A program made the translations under genes and the position numbers. A stretch of 64,000 nucleotides of DNA from Octopus bimaculoides. Its lineage: Eukaryota. The stretch covers positions 57,469,518 through 57,533,517 of the forward strand of contig NC_068990.1 of assembly GCF_001194135.2 (NCBI RefSeq). Reading direction: 5' to 3'. Each line of letters opens with the position of its first letter. Within the stretch, counting starts at the first letter, position 1. A model generated the notes under the pieces. That model worked only from the letters and a program-made list of their open reading frames with translations. It made no database searches and had not been told where the DNA came from. This document shows, piece after piece, positions 1 to 11,117 of the stretch.

Positions 1-102
1 ATATATATATATATATATATGCATGTATATATGTATATGCATGTATATATATATATGCATGTATATATATATATATGCATGTATATATATATATATATAT
101 GG

Positions 103-149
<47 letters not shown>

Positions 150-300
150 TTATATATATATATATATACACACACTTGATATAAACACATACCTATATGT
201 TTCTACATATATAGATACACAAAAGCATATATATGTATGCATGTGTGTATGTATATACACAAACAATAAACACACGCTTGTAGATATATGTATATAATTT
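1..300. repeat. (TA)n/(TATG)n compound microsatellite
   Basis: Direct: atatatatat...gcatgtatatat arrays. These explain ORF 19..297. Confidence 0.95.
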
Positions 301-734
301 ATGACACTTGTATTTTCTGTAATATTTTTGTTACCATAGCATTAATATCCCTATAGTTTTGATAAAAATTGGGAATATTTTACTGTTAGTCCTCATTAGT
401 AATTTAATTCTTCATGATGATGCAATGGTTATATTCAATGATTTCTCTAATATTTGTTCAGAACAATATCTCTAATATTTTGTTATTTTACCACAATAAC
501 ATGGTTTGCTTTACTTTTGTCTTGCACTTACATAGGCTTACCAACCCAGAACCATGTGGCTGGTAAGCAAACTACTTACCACATAGCCACTCCTTTCTTT
601 CCCCTACTCTGTTTCTATTTCACTATCATATTAATATTTACTAGCAATTAATCATTTATATAGAGATTTTTCATACATAAGTATTGAGAAAAAGATGCTG
701 TAAAATTCTAGCCTAAAAAAGAAAAAAGATATCA

Positions 735-1250
735 TTTATCAACCCGTGTTTCAAAAAACCTCATTCCTGATATCTGATACAAAACTATAATATCGTTAAA
801 TGTAATTTTAAAAAATTATCAGTTAAACTTAAAAACTAGGAAATATATTTAAAATTTTAATTTCAAAATATTCTGGATTATGTTGGAAATTATTTGAAAC
901 ATTAAAGCTAACTATATTCTGTTTTAATGTGCTTGTTACTAAATAAAATTCTTACTGAAATAAAATGCTCCAGCATGGCTACAGTCAACTGGCTGAAACA
1001 AATAAAAGAATAAAAGAATTAATCAACTTGTATTTCAAAAACCAGATTCCTCATATTTGGTACAACAATATAACACCTTTAAATGAAATTTAAAAAAAAT
1101 TAACCCTTAAATTTTAAAACCAGGAAATATATTTAAAATTTTAATTTCAAGATATCCTGGATTATGTTGAAAATTATTTGGAATAATAAGACTAACTATA
1201 TTATGCTTTAATATGTTAGTTATTAAAATATTTTAAATTTACTGAACAAA
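735..1250 (+). repeat. Diverged ~225-bp tandem duplication separated by a solo SINE 3' tail
   Basis: Unit 1 (~735-960) and unit 2 (~1021-1250) share aggaaatatatttaaaattttaatttcaa and ctggattatgttg. 961-1020 is tgctccagcatggctacagtc...aaataaaagaataaaag, the family-A SINE tail. Confidence 0.8.
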
Positions 1251-1379
1251 TATAAATAGTATGACATTGTCCAGTCACTGACTGCTATTTCAGCCACTTG
1301 GACCTAACCACTGACCAGTGTTAGCTCAAGGGATATAACTCACTTGGTCACTTTGTCAGTAAAGTAAAAATAGATAAAT

Positions 1380-1472
1380 AAATAAAGATATAAATAAATG
1401 AATAAATAGGAGAGGGAGAGAGAGCAAGAGAATGTGCAAGAGAGAGAGGGAGAGAAAATAGATAAAGAATGA

Positions 1473-1508
<36 letters not shown>

Positions 1509-1747
1509 TGATTAACAATCAAAGGGTAGAGGAAAACAGTTGAAAATAAAGAGGAAGAAAAAGAAGGGGTAGTGGAAGATGAGGAAGGAGAGGAGAAGCA
1601 TGTAGATGAAGTGAGGTAGCAAAGAAAATCAGATGCCATTTAAAAGAGAGCCAAAATATTTTAGGTGTGGAAGGTAGAGGGAGACCATGGATTTAAGGAG
1701 CAGAAGAGGAGAAGCTGAGAAAGGGTATGAAGGAGGAAACAGAATCA

Positions 1748-1795
<48 letters not shown>

Positions 1796-2138
1796 GCTAA
1801 ATACAGAGAGGGGGGGAGATATATTGAGAGATAGATAGGAATAGATGCAGAGAGAGAGAGAGGCAGATACAGAGGGAGAGGGAGAGATACAAAGAGAGGG
1901 GGTAGATATAGAAAGAGGGAAGTTATACACAGAGAGAGAGAGGAGTTAGATACTGGGAGAGGGGTGAAATACAGAGAGAGGGGGATGGATACTAGAGAGG
2001 GAGTGAGATACAAAGAGGGGGATGGATACAGAGAGAAGGGGGAATAGATACAGAGAGAGGAGGATAGACACAGAGAGAAAGGAATAGATACAGAAAAAGA
2101 GGCATAGATAAAGAGATGTGGAGAGATCCAGAAAGAAA

Positions 2139-2179
<41 letters not shown>

Positions 2180-2774
2180 GCCTTAATTCTTCGAAACGCC
2201 GGAGTTTTAATGGTGGCAGCTGATGAAGGGGATGTTTCTATGTGGCCTGCTTGTTTGTTGCACCTTGTTTACCATTTTGTCCTTGTTCTTTTACCACGTC
2301 ATGTACCCAGTTATGTATCTATATGTACATGTAGATGAACGTATATACATACATGTACATATATATGCATNNNNNNNNNNNNNNNNNNNNNNNNNNNNNN
2401 ATATATATATATATATATATATAAAGAGAGAGAGAGAGAGAAGGGGGATGATACATACAGAGAGAGAGAGAAGGAACTAGAGTTGGGGAGATCTAGGAAG
2501 TGAGGGTATCAGAGAAATATAGCATTTACAAGGAAGAAAAGTGAGGAGAGAGTAAAATCTCCAGCAAAGGGAAAAAGAGGGAAAGCACAGATGTTTGAAG
2601 AAGACAAGAAGAAGAAGAAGAAGATGAAAAGGGAGAATAGAGAAAAGAAAGGATAAGGAGTAAAGAAAGAAATTAACATGATGGAGAGGAAAGAAATGGG
2701 GTGGGGACAAAGAATTGAGGGTAAGAAAAAGTGAAAATTGAATTATGTATCTATCTTTCTCTCTCTGTATTTAA

Positions 2775-2817
<43 letters not shown>

Positions 2818-3180
2818 CTATTTTTCTCTTTCTGATAGAGAGGGGGTGAGGAGAAAAAGAAGGCAAAGAAGAAGAAGAAGAAGAGCAGGAGAAAACAAAG
2901 GTGAGGAGAAGGAGGAGAAGAAGACAAGAAGACTAAGAAGATAAAGGAGGAGAGTGGAGGTAGAAAAGAAAAAGGGAGGGGGAAAGGAGAAGGAGAAGAA
3001 ATGGTAGAGAAGGGGGAAGGGTAGAGAAGAAGAAGAGGGGAGAGAGGAAGTAAAAGAAGAAATGATGATGTGATGATGATGAAGAAGACGATGAGGATAA
3101 TGAAGAAGTAAAAGATGATGATGACAAGGATGAGGCTGGTGAGATGACAACGGCGACGATGATGATGATGACAATAACAA
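1380..3180 (+). repeat. Polypurine low-complexity tract: (GA)n, (GAA)n, (GAG)n, (GAT)n and a degenerate ~20-bp agatacagagaga minisatellite
   Basis: Direct. Almost pure purine on the + strand apart from ~2140-2420. Confidence 0.9.
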
Positions 3181-3341
3181 TATTTCTCTGAATAAGCAGG
3201 TTATATACCATACTTGCTGGCACCAATATGAATGAGGCATTCTTAATTGTTAACTATATATAAGAAGATAAAAATGTTTTGATCCAATTATTTAAACAAA
3301 CTAACTTGTAGTGAGTGAAGGAGAGATATTCACTTCATTGC

Positions 3342-3633
3342 TTAACCTGTCATCATTTAAACTGGACATATCCGGCCAAAACATTCTACCTGTATAATGT
3401 TCAAAACAGCTAGATCTGACTTCTCACACCTACCCTACAATGTCATTGTAAATATAAACAATTACATAGGCGTAGGAGTGGCTGTGTGGTAAATAGCTTG
3501 CTTGCGAACCACATGGCTCCGGGTTCAGTCCCACTGCGTGGCACCTTGGGCAAGTGTCTTCCACTACAGCCTCGGGCCGACAAAAGCCTTGTGAGTGGAT
3601 TTGGTAGACGGAAACTGAAAGAAGCCCGTCGTA

Positions 3634-3690
<57 letters not shown>

Positions 3691-3965
3691 TTGTGTGTCT
3701 GTGTTTGTCTCCTCACCATCGCTTGACAACCGATGCTGGTATGTATATGTCCCCGTAACTTAGCGGTTCAGCAAACAGAGACCGATAGAATAAGTCCTGG
3801 GGTCGATTTGCTCGACTAAAGGTGGTGCTCCAGCATGGCCGCAGTCAAATGACTGAAACAAGTAAAAGAGAGTAAAAGAGAATTACATCATTGGAATATT
3901 GAAACTATGAGTTAATGAGTGATTGATTAAAAAATGTGAATAAATAAGCATTACATTTGATAAGT
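3342..3965. mobile_element. Probable short non-autonomous DNA element (TTAA-CC start, piggyBac-like) split by a SINE
   Basis: Begins ttaacctg at 3342. The flanks of the SINE at 3468-3880 rejoin through the TSD. The right end is not seen because another SINE starts at ~3968. Family identity is recalled, not verified. Confidence 0.3.
3468..3880 (+). mobile_element. tRNA-derived CORE-like SINE, family A (young copy with TSD)
   Basis: Box A/B-like head (ggctgtgtggt...ggttcagtccc), accttgggcaagt CORE-like motif, internal (TA)n(TG)n, tail gactgaaacaagtaaaagag repeats. 8-bp TSD aattacat at 3460-3467 and 3881-3888. Confidence 0.92.
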
Positions 3966-3967
3966 GA

Positions 3968-4317
3968 AGGCGCATGGCTCAGTGGCTAGAGTGTCGGTCT
4001 CACAGTCATGAGGTAGTGAGTTCGATTCCTGGATGGGCTGTGTGTTGTGTTCTTGAGCAAGATACTTTATTTCATATTGCTTTATTTCACTAAGCTGTAG
4101 AAATGAGTTGAGATGTAACTGGTATCAAGCTGTATCAGTCTTTGCTTTTCCCTGGGATAACATGGGTGGCTGATATGCATGGGTGACTGCTGGTCTTCCA
4201 TAAACAATCTTGCACAGACTAGTGCCTTGGAGGGTAACTTACTAGGTGCAATCTTATGGTCATTCAGCATGGCCACAGTCAAATGACTGAAACAAGCAAA
4301 GGGTAAAAGAGTAAAAG
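3968..4317 (+). mobile_element. tRNA-derived SINE, family B body with family-A tail
   Basis: Head ggcgcatggctcagtggctagag...gttcgattcc, ttgagcaagatact motif. The body matches the reverse complement of 23205-23552. Confidence 0.85.
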
Positions 4318-4404
4318 TGTACAGCAAAAGATATTATGTAAGAGTTATAAAAATCAAACGATATCAAAAAGCACATGTTAGCTTAGCATGCAGTAATATA
4401 GTCA

Positions 4405-4598
4405 TGCGTGCAGGCTTCGCTGTGTGGTTAAAAAGCCCACATTGTAACCACAAGGTTTCAGGTTCAGTCTCACTGTGTGGCACCTTGAGCAAGTGTCTTC
4501 AACTATAGCCTCAGGTTGAACAATGTCTTGTGAGTGAATTTGCGGAAAATCCATCATATAAATATTTATCTGTTTATCAATGTGAGTGNNNNNNNNNN

Positions 4599-4640
<42 letters not shown>

Positions 4641-4885
4641 ACGCGCACACACACAAACATGTCTTCAGGTGTGTATTTGTCCCCTACTGCTGCTTGGCAA
4701 CAGGTGTTGGTTTGGTTGCATCCCTGTAAAGTAGCAGTTCAGTAAAAGAGATTGATAGAATCAATATCAGAGTTTTAAAACACAGGTACTGGGGTTCGAT
4801 ATATCTTTCAGCTAAAACCCCTTCAATGCAGTGGTACAGCATAATCTGCAATCCAACAACTGTAACTAGTGAAAGAAGATAACAG
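4405..4885 (+). mobile_element. SINE family A (older copy)
   Basis: Homologous to 3468-3880, with internal (TG)n. Confidence 0.8.
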
Positions 4886-4975
4886 ATCAAATATATATGT
4901 TTGAGAGTAAAGGCCAGGAAAATACAGGCATTCGCAGCACTTGTAGGGTAATTGATTTCTGTTATATATACATAA

Positions 4976-5011
<36 letters not shown>

Positions 5012-5437
5012 NNNNNNNNNNNNNNNNNNNNNNNNNNNNNNNNNNNNNNNNNNNNNNNNNNNNNNNNNNNNNNNNNNNNNNNNNNNNNNNNNNNNNNNNN
5101 NNNNNNNNNNNNNNNNNNNNNNNNNNNNNNNNNNNNNNNNNNNNNNNNNNNNNNNNNNNNNNNNNNNNNNNNNNNNNNNNNNNNNNNNNNNNNNNNNNNN
5201 NNNNNNNNNNNNNNNNNNNNNNNNNNNNNNNNNNNNNNNNNNNNNNNNNNNNNNNNNNNNNNNNNNNNNNNNNNNNNNNNNNNNNNNNNNNNNNNNNNNN
5301 NNNNNNNNNNNNNNNNNNNNNNNNNNNNNNNNNNNNNNNNNNNNNNNNNNNNNNNNNNNNNNNNNNNNNNNNNNNNNNNNNNNNNNNNNNNNNNNNNNNN
5401 NNNNNNNNNNNNNNNNNNNNNNNNNNNNNNNNNNNNN

Positions 5438-5481
<44 letters not shown>

Positions 5482-6008
5482 CACACACACACACACACTC
5501 ACACATGTCAAAAAGTAGTGCAAAGAAAACATAAAAGCCTATGTATGTGCAAAACAAAAGTAAAGCAAGCCATGATATTGGAGTAAAATAACAAAAAATA
5601 TATGAAAAAAACCAACATGGACAGACGGATAGATAAATAAAGACAACCAAAATAATGTCACAAATAGTTATATTTCATGTATTACTTTACTCTTCAATAT
5701 ATCAAGCAATAAATATGGAAATGTGCAAAATATATGAATAACTGAACACATGTTTATCCATCAGTCAAGAATGACACATAGATAAACATGGAAATAATGC
5801 GATAGTTTCCTCACATGCAGCTAACAAGCACGCTATTTTATCAAGTTTCCACTCAAGCTTAAAAAGAAAGGAAAGCAAATGCCTGTGCACTACACCTGCC
5901 CTCTCTGAAAATGATTGAATCACAATACATCTTATTTGCATACCAACTTCTAAGAGAACAACGAATTCAAAGTAATGTTACATGCATATACACACTTATG
6001 TTATACAT

Positions 6009-6049
<41 letters not shown>

Positions 6050-6349
6050 NNNNNNNNNNNNNNNNNNNNNNNNNNNNNNNNNNNNNNNNNNNNNNNNNNN
6101 NNNNNNNNNNNNNNNNNNNNNNNNNNNNNNNNNNNNNNNNNNNNNNNNNNNNNNNNNNNNNNNNNNNNNNNNNNNNNNNNNNNNNNNNNNNNNNNNNNNN
6201 NNNNNNNNNNNNNNNNNNNNNNNNNNNNNNNNNNNNNNNNNNNNNNNNNNNNNNNNNNNNNNNNNNNNNNNNNNNNNNNNNNNNNNNNNNNNNNNNNNNN
6301 NNNNNNNNNNNNNNNNNNNNNNNATATATTAATACATATAAATATATCA

Positions 6350-6387
<38 letters not shown>

Positions 6388-6597
6388 TACTTCATGCTTC
6401 ATATATATATAGCATATACACATATATATGCATTATACATATATGATATTCATGTATTTATTATTCTTTAACAAGAATAGTACTGCCAGCATTAAAGAAC
6501 ACTAACATTGTAGTCTACAAAAGTATGGAATATCCCTCAGATTAATGTAAAACTATTTTTATGCCAACTGAACATAAAACTAAACATTAATACATAG

Positions 6598-6662
<65 letters not shown>

Positions 6663-7249
6663 AATGTACATTTTTATATATGTATGTATGTATGTATCAT
6701 CAGTAAATCATAAATCCGAAAGAGAAGCACACTCTAATGGAGCAGCAGAGTAATTAGATAAAGATAGTTATGGCTGGTCTATGGGGTTACCCAGGGTTTC
6801 ACATCCATAAAGCATTTAGTTTTACTGTGTTTCTTCAGACATTAATGCCTAGTATGTGTGTGTGTATGTGTGTTTAAAATATATATATGGTATGTATGTA
6901 AATGATATGTACATATATGCATGATATATGAATTGTTTGTTGGATAAATTCATCCATTTCTTTCTAACAGTATATGAAGTAAAATTGCAAAATAATTTTA
7001 TTGTAGTTTTATCATAGCTGCTATTACTAAAAGAATTGTAAATAAATGGTTTACACCATAAATTGTTTATACTCTTCAAAGATAGTAAATTGAGCATCTG
7101 AGTCTTACCATATTCTGTCTGGCCTCTTCATTTCAAGGAGAATTGATTGAACAAGCTCATCCACGAGAATCTAAGTTGATTAATAATCAATTGATCCAAC
7201 AGATAGGATGTTCCTCTGACAGCCACCACCCATGTGATGGGTAAGGCCC

Positions 7250-7626
7250 AGCAATCTGAACAGTGACTCGGTATGCTTTCATCACATTGCTAATTTGCCA
7301 AAAATTTTATTTAAAGACCAGTTGGTAAGTTCTACCATAACCACCAAACTCTCCTCATAAAGTACCTTCGGGCTACCACCTTTTCCAGTTGCTTACCAAC
7401 AGTCTGTGAGGTATTTCCTTCAACAATAATGTGAAGCTGCAAAAGCTAGATGAATTCTTCGTGTCACATCTCAATGATTTCATCGGGGCATTAACAAGCT
7501 AGAAGAATGTTGGCAAGAAGTTCTGAAGAAAGGGGAATATATTATTGACTGATTTGTTAAAACATTGATGAAATGTAAGAATTAGAATAAATGGGAAAAG
7601 TTAATGAATTTATCTAACGACCAAAT
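7250..7626 (+). pseudogene. Highly degenerate mariner transposase C-terminus and right end
   Basis: Frameshifted residues resemble HPPYSPD..PSDYHLF. Ends RGINKLEECWQEVLKKGEYIID*, followed by a TIR-like atgaatttatctaacgaccaaat. Confidence 0.65.
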
Positions 7627-7670
7627 GTTTATAAGAATATACATGTTACATATATCTTGTATATTTATAT

Positions 7671-8076
7671 ACTCTTTTACTCTTTTACTTGTTTCAGTCA
7701 TTTGACTGTGGCCATGCTGGAGCACCGCCTTTAGTCGAGCAAATCGACCCCAGGACTTATTCTTTGGATGCCTAGTACTTATTCTATCAGTCCTTTTTGC
7801 CGAACCGCTAAGTTACAGGGACGTAAACACACCAACATCGGTTGTCGAGCGATGTTGGGGGGCAAATAAAGACACACACATACATAAATATGTATATATA
7901 TATACATATATACGACGGGCTTCTTTCAGTTTCCGTCTACCAAATCCACTCACAAGGTTTTGGTCGGCCCGAGGCTATAGTAAAAGACACTTACCCAAGG
8001 TACTATGCAGTGGGAATGAACTCGAAACCATGTGGTTGGTAAACAAGCTACTTACCACACAGCCACTCCTGCGCCT
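7671..8076 (-). mobile_element. SINE family A
   Basis: Reverse complement of 3468-3880 at high identity. Confidence 0.92.
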
Positions 8077-8337
8077 ATATGTATTATTATAATATATATA
8101 ATATATGATAAATATTTTATAATATATATATTATAACAATATATATATAATATATATAATATATATAAAGAGTAAAAAGATTATATATATACATACAAAG
8201 TATGGGGTTTAGTTCACAGGTGATCTAAATGATTAGGTACACTAAGTAAGTGCTGTAACAGATTATTAGGGCTCCAAGGTTATAGCTGAGATGGTAGTTA
8301 TGGAGCCATTGCAGATTTCCTATGCAGTGGATATATG

Positions 8338-8852
8338 ATTGTTAAATAAGACAACAAATATTAAGGCAAGGCAAACAGCTCAACACATATAAAATATTAT
8401 TATTGGAAAAAATTCAATGTCTTACAGCTGTTTCTGGGATATCCCCGAGTATGGGATATTCTGTCATCAGAGACAAATTGGGAAAAATAGGAAAAATAAG
8501 AATGGTATATATTAATGAGATGATGACAGAGGAAAGGAGAAAAGGAATAAGGAGATGGAAAGAAAGAAGAAAAAAGAAGCATAAAAGTTCATAGTTCAAC
8601 TTTCTGATATTGTAAAAACAAGGGCATAAGTCCTTAGGTGCAATCTTGCATAAATCCATGTGGGTTAAAATCCTAATATAGTAAACATCCAGAGAAAATA
8701 TATACCATTCTCATTTTCACTATTTTTCCCTATTTCTCTCTGATGCTGGAATAGCCCATACTCAGGGATATAAGACTGAATTTTTTCCAGTAATAATATT
8801 GTATAAGACTCGAGATGTATGCTTTGCCTTAATGTTTGTTGTCCTCTTTAAC

Positions 8853-8855
<3 letters not shown>
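8338..8855. mobile_element. Fold-back MITE-like element with ~165-bp imperfect terminal inverted repeats
   Basis: Left arm 8338-8512 (...ttattattggaaaaaattca...gagtatggga...aagaatggtatatatt) is the reverse complement of the right arm 8697-8855. Confidence 0.8.
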
Positions 8856-8915
<60 letters not shown>

Positions 8916-9011
8916 TATAGATAGATCATATATCATACTATATATGTTAAAGTGTTAAAAATAAATATGTTTGTGCATGTGTGTGTGTATTTATACATAC
9001 ATACATTGCCA

Positions 9012-9419
9012 CAGCAGTTGTCTGGCTTCCGTGCCAGTGGCATGTAAATAGCACCATTTGCGCATGATCATTACCAGCATTGCCTTCCCAGCACTTGTGC
9101 CAATGGCATGTGAAAAGACATTCGAGCGAGGTCATTGCCAGTGTTGCTAGACTGGCTCCTGTGCAGGTGGCACGTAAAATACACCATTTTGAGCATGGCC
9201 GTTGCCAGTACCACCTGACTAGCCTTCGTGCCGGTGTCACGTAAAAGCACCCACTACACTCTTAGAGTGGTTGGCGTTAGAAAGGGCATCCAGCCGTAGA
9301 AACTTTGCCAAATCAGATTGGAGCTTGGTGTAGCCATTCTGGCTCACCAGTCCTCAGTCAAATCATCCAACCCATGCTAGCATGGAAAGCGGGCGTTAAA
9401 CGATGATGATGATGATGAT
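9012..9419 (+). mobile_element. RTE-type LINE 3' UTR fragment with internal ~60-bp tandem repeats and (GAT)n tail
   Basis: About four gtgccrgtggcaygtaaaa.cacc units, terminal catggaaagcgggcgttaaacgatgatgatg. A similar gttgccagt motif follows the RTE stop codon at ~11100. Confidence 0.8.
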
Positions 9420-9683
9420 ACATATGCATATACGTATATACATATGCATATATATGCATACATATATATACATCTATATGTATATACATACATAAACATA
9501 TATGTGTGTGTATATATATATATATATGTGCATATATATATACGTGTATATATATGTGTATATATATATGTGTATATATATATATATGGGTGTGTGTGTA
9601 TATATATATATATATATGTGTGTATGTGTATATATATATGTATATATCTATCTATCTATATATATATTTATAAATATAATTAA

Positions 9684-10067
9684 GGGCTCAGCAAACAGTT
9701 GCTTCACCACATTACCTTGTGACGCACATGGTAATTTCTTGAGGAGGAATAGTGAACTGGCTGGCCTATGTAGGTTCGGATGTGTTTTCAGGTTTTGCCG
9801 ATGCATGATGTTCACTTGTTCATACATGCACACTTTGCTAGCACCGTCGAATTTACAACTAGAATATCATACCGATGAAGGAAATGGAGTGTTATCACTC
9901 CTAATCCAGAAACGCATCTATGATTAACTTCGACTGGTTACTTTTCATTGTTCTTTCTTCTTGTTTTGCCTTTGTGAGTTACAAGTAATGCTATCTGTTG
10001 GAGTCTCAGCTTTCTAGCTGCTATTTCTGAACTTCGGTATGTGGTGAAGCAACTGTTTGCTGAGCCC
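9684..10067. mobile_element. Non-autonomous DNA transposon with ~29-bp perfect TIRs and TTAA TSD (Kolobok-like)
   Basis: TTAA(9680-83) GGGCTCAGCAAACAGTTGCTTCACCACAT ... ATGTGGTGAAGCAACTGTTTGCTGAGCCC TTAA(10068-71). Purine-purine termini with a TTAA TSD fit Kolobok rather than piggyBac (CC...GG). Confidence 0.8.
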
Positions 10068-10804
10068 TTAATTATGTTTATAAATGTATAAGAACTTTTA
10101 AATAAGTTCTCCACCGATAATGGTACTTACATACCGAAGGGCTTTTANNNNNNNNNNAAAAAAAAAAAAGGGCTGCTGGAATCATCACTTGTTTCTCATC
10201 AGGGAGATCATAATAAAACATGTAGTAGCAAGACAAAAACGAAAGCTCGTAAGTTACCCCATCATTTCGTTTTTGTCTTGCTACTACATTATTATAATTT
10301 TGTAAAAGTGTAAAAATTGTAAATAATAAAACGTGAAAATAAGACTGTGTTGGAATTTCATTCATTACTATATTCTTTTATGCGCAATCATACAAAACTC
10401 AAATATCTATCTATCTATCTATCTATATGTGTATATATATAGTTATTATATATTATATAATTCATATATATAATATACACATACTTTGGTTCATTTTGTG
10501 GGCAAGAATGAAAAGGAGTGTGTTCAAAGTGAATAAGGAATCAATGTACATTCATAGTTATTAATTTTATAGAAGTATTCATGTATTCAGACTAACTAAT
10601 ATTACGATTATCATTGCAATTGTCCCAACATTATACATTGCTATGATGAACTTCACAGGTTCATGTAATAACCACATGCCTATAGGAAAGCAAAAGTGCA
10701 AAAAGCCACATGTGTGTGTGTGTGTGTGTGTGTGTGTCTGTCTATCTATCTATCTATCTATATGTCTGTCTGTCTGTAAATACATGTATTACATATATTA
10801 CCCG

Positions 10805-11117
10805 TCAGAGTGTAAGTATCTTGAGAGAAAAGCTGAACATTAGAAGCATCAGTTGTGGTGTGCAAGAGAGACGATTGCGCTGATATGGACATGTGGTGAG
10901 AATGGATGAGGATAGCTGCGTGAAAAAGTGCCACACCCTAACAGTTGAGGGAACCCGTGGAAGAGGTAGGCCCAGGAAGACCTGGGCTGAGGTGGTGAGG
11001 CAAGACCTTCGTACATTGGGCCTCACCGAGGCGATGACTACTGACCGAGACCTTTGGAAATGTGCTGTGCATGAGAAGACCCGGCAGGCCAAGTAAGATC
11101 GTTGCCAGTGCCCCTGG
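10805..11117 (+). mobile_element. RTE-clade LINE, C-terminal ORF fragment and start of 3' UTR (runs into gap)
   Basis: Translates to RRLRWYGHVVRMDEDSCVKKCHTLTVEGTRGRGRPRKTWAEVVRQDL, the typical RTE C-terminus. Confidence 0.92.

Noticed and set aside
2223-2480. ORF starting with a hydrophobic signal-anchor-like stretch (MKGMFLCGLLVCCTLFTILSLFFY)
   Set aside because: No credible donor. It runs into TA repeats and a gap, and T-rich DNA gives hydrophobic peptides by default.
2738-3240. Arg/Glu/Lys-, Ser- and His-rich ORFs resembling low-complexity nuclear proteins
   Set aside because: Translations of (GAA)n/(GAG)n/(GAT)n repeats, with no splice or codon support.
3468-3540. tRNA-like sequences (also ~3968, 19926, 23500 and others)
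   Set aside because: These are SINE heads with box A/B only. They do not form complete cloverleafs and continue into SINE bodies.
4684-6471. Long ORFs rich in X, YI, HT or CV (also 10805-11718, 22557-23165, 24297-24900, 49382-50315, 54105-55029, 61101-61556)
   Set aside because: Artefacts of N gaps and (TA)n/(CA)n microsatellites.
6780-6850. Minus-strand donor ctgg|gtaacc after MLYGCET
   Set aside because: The peptide resembles the RTE LYGCETW motif. It is more likely an ancient LINE scrap than a host exon, and too short to annotate.
9012-9250. Repeat-spacer-like periodicity resembling a CRISPR array
   Set aside because: Eukaryotic context, degenerate repeats, related linkers, no cas genes. 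It belongs to the RTE 3' UTR.
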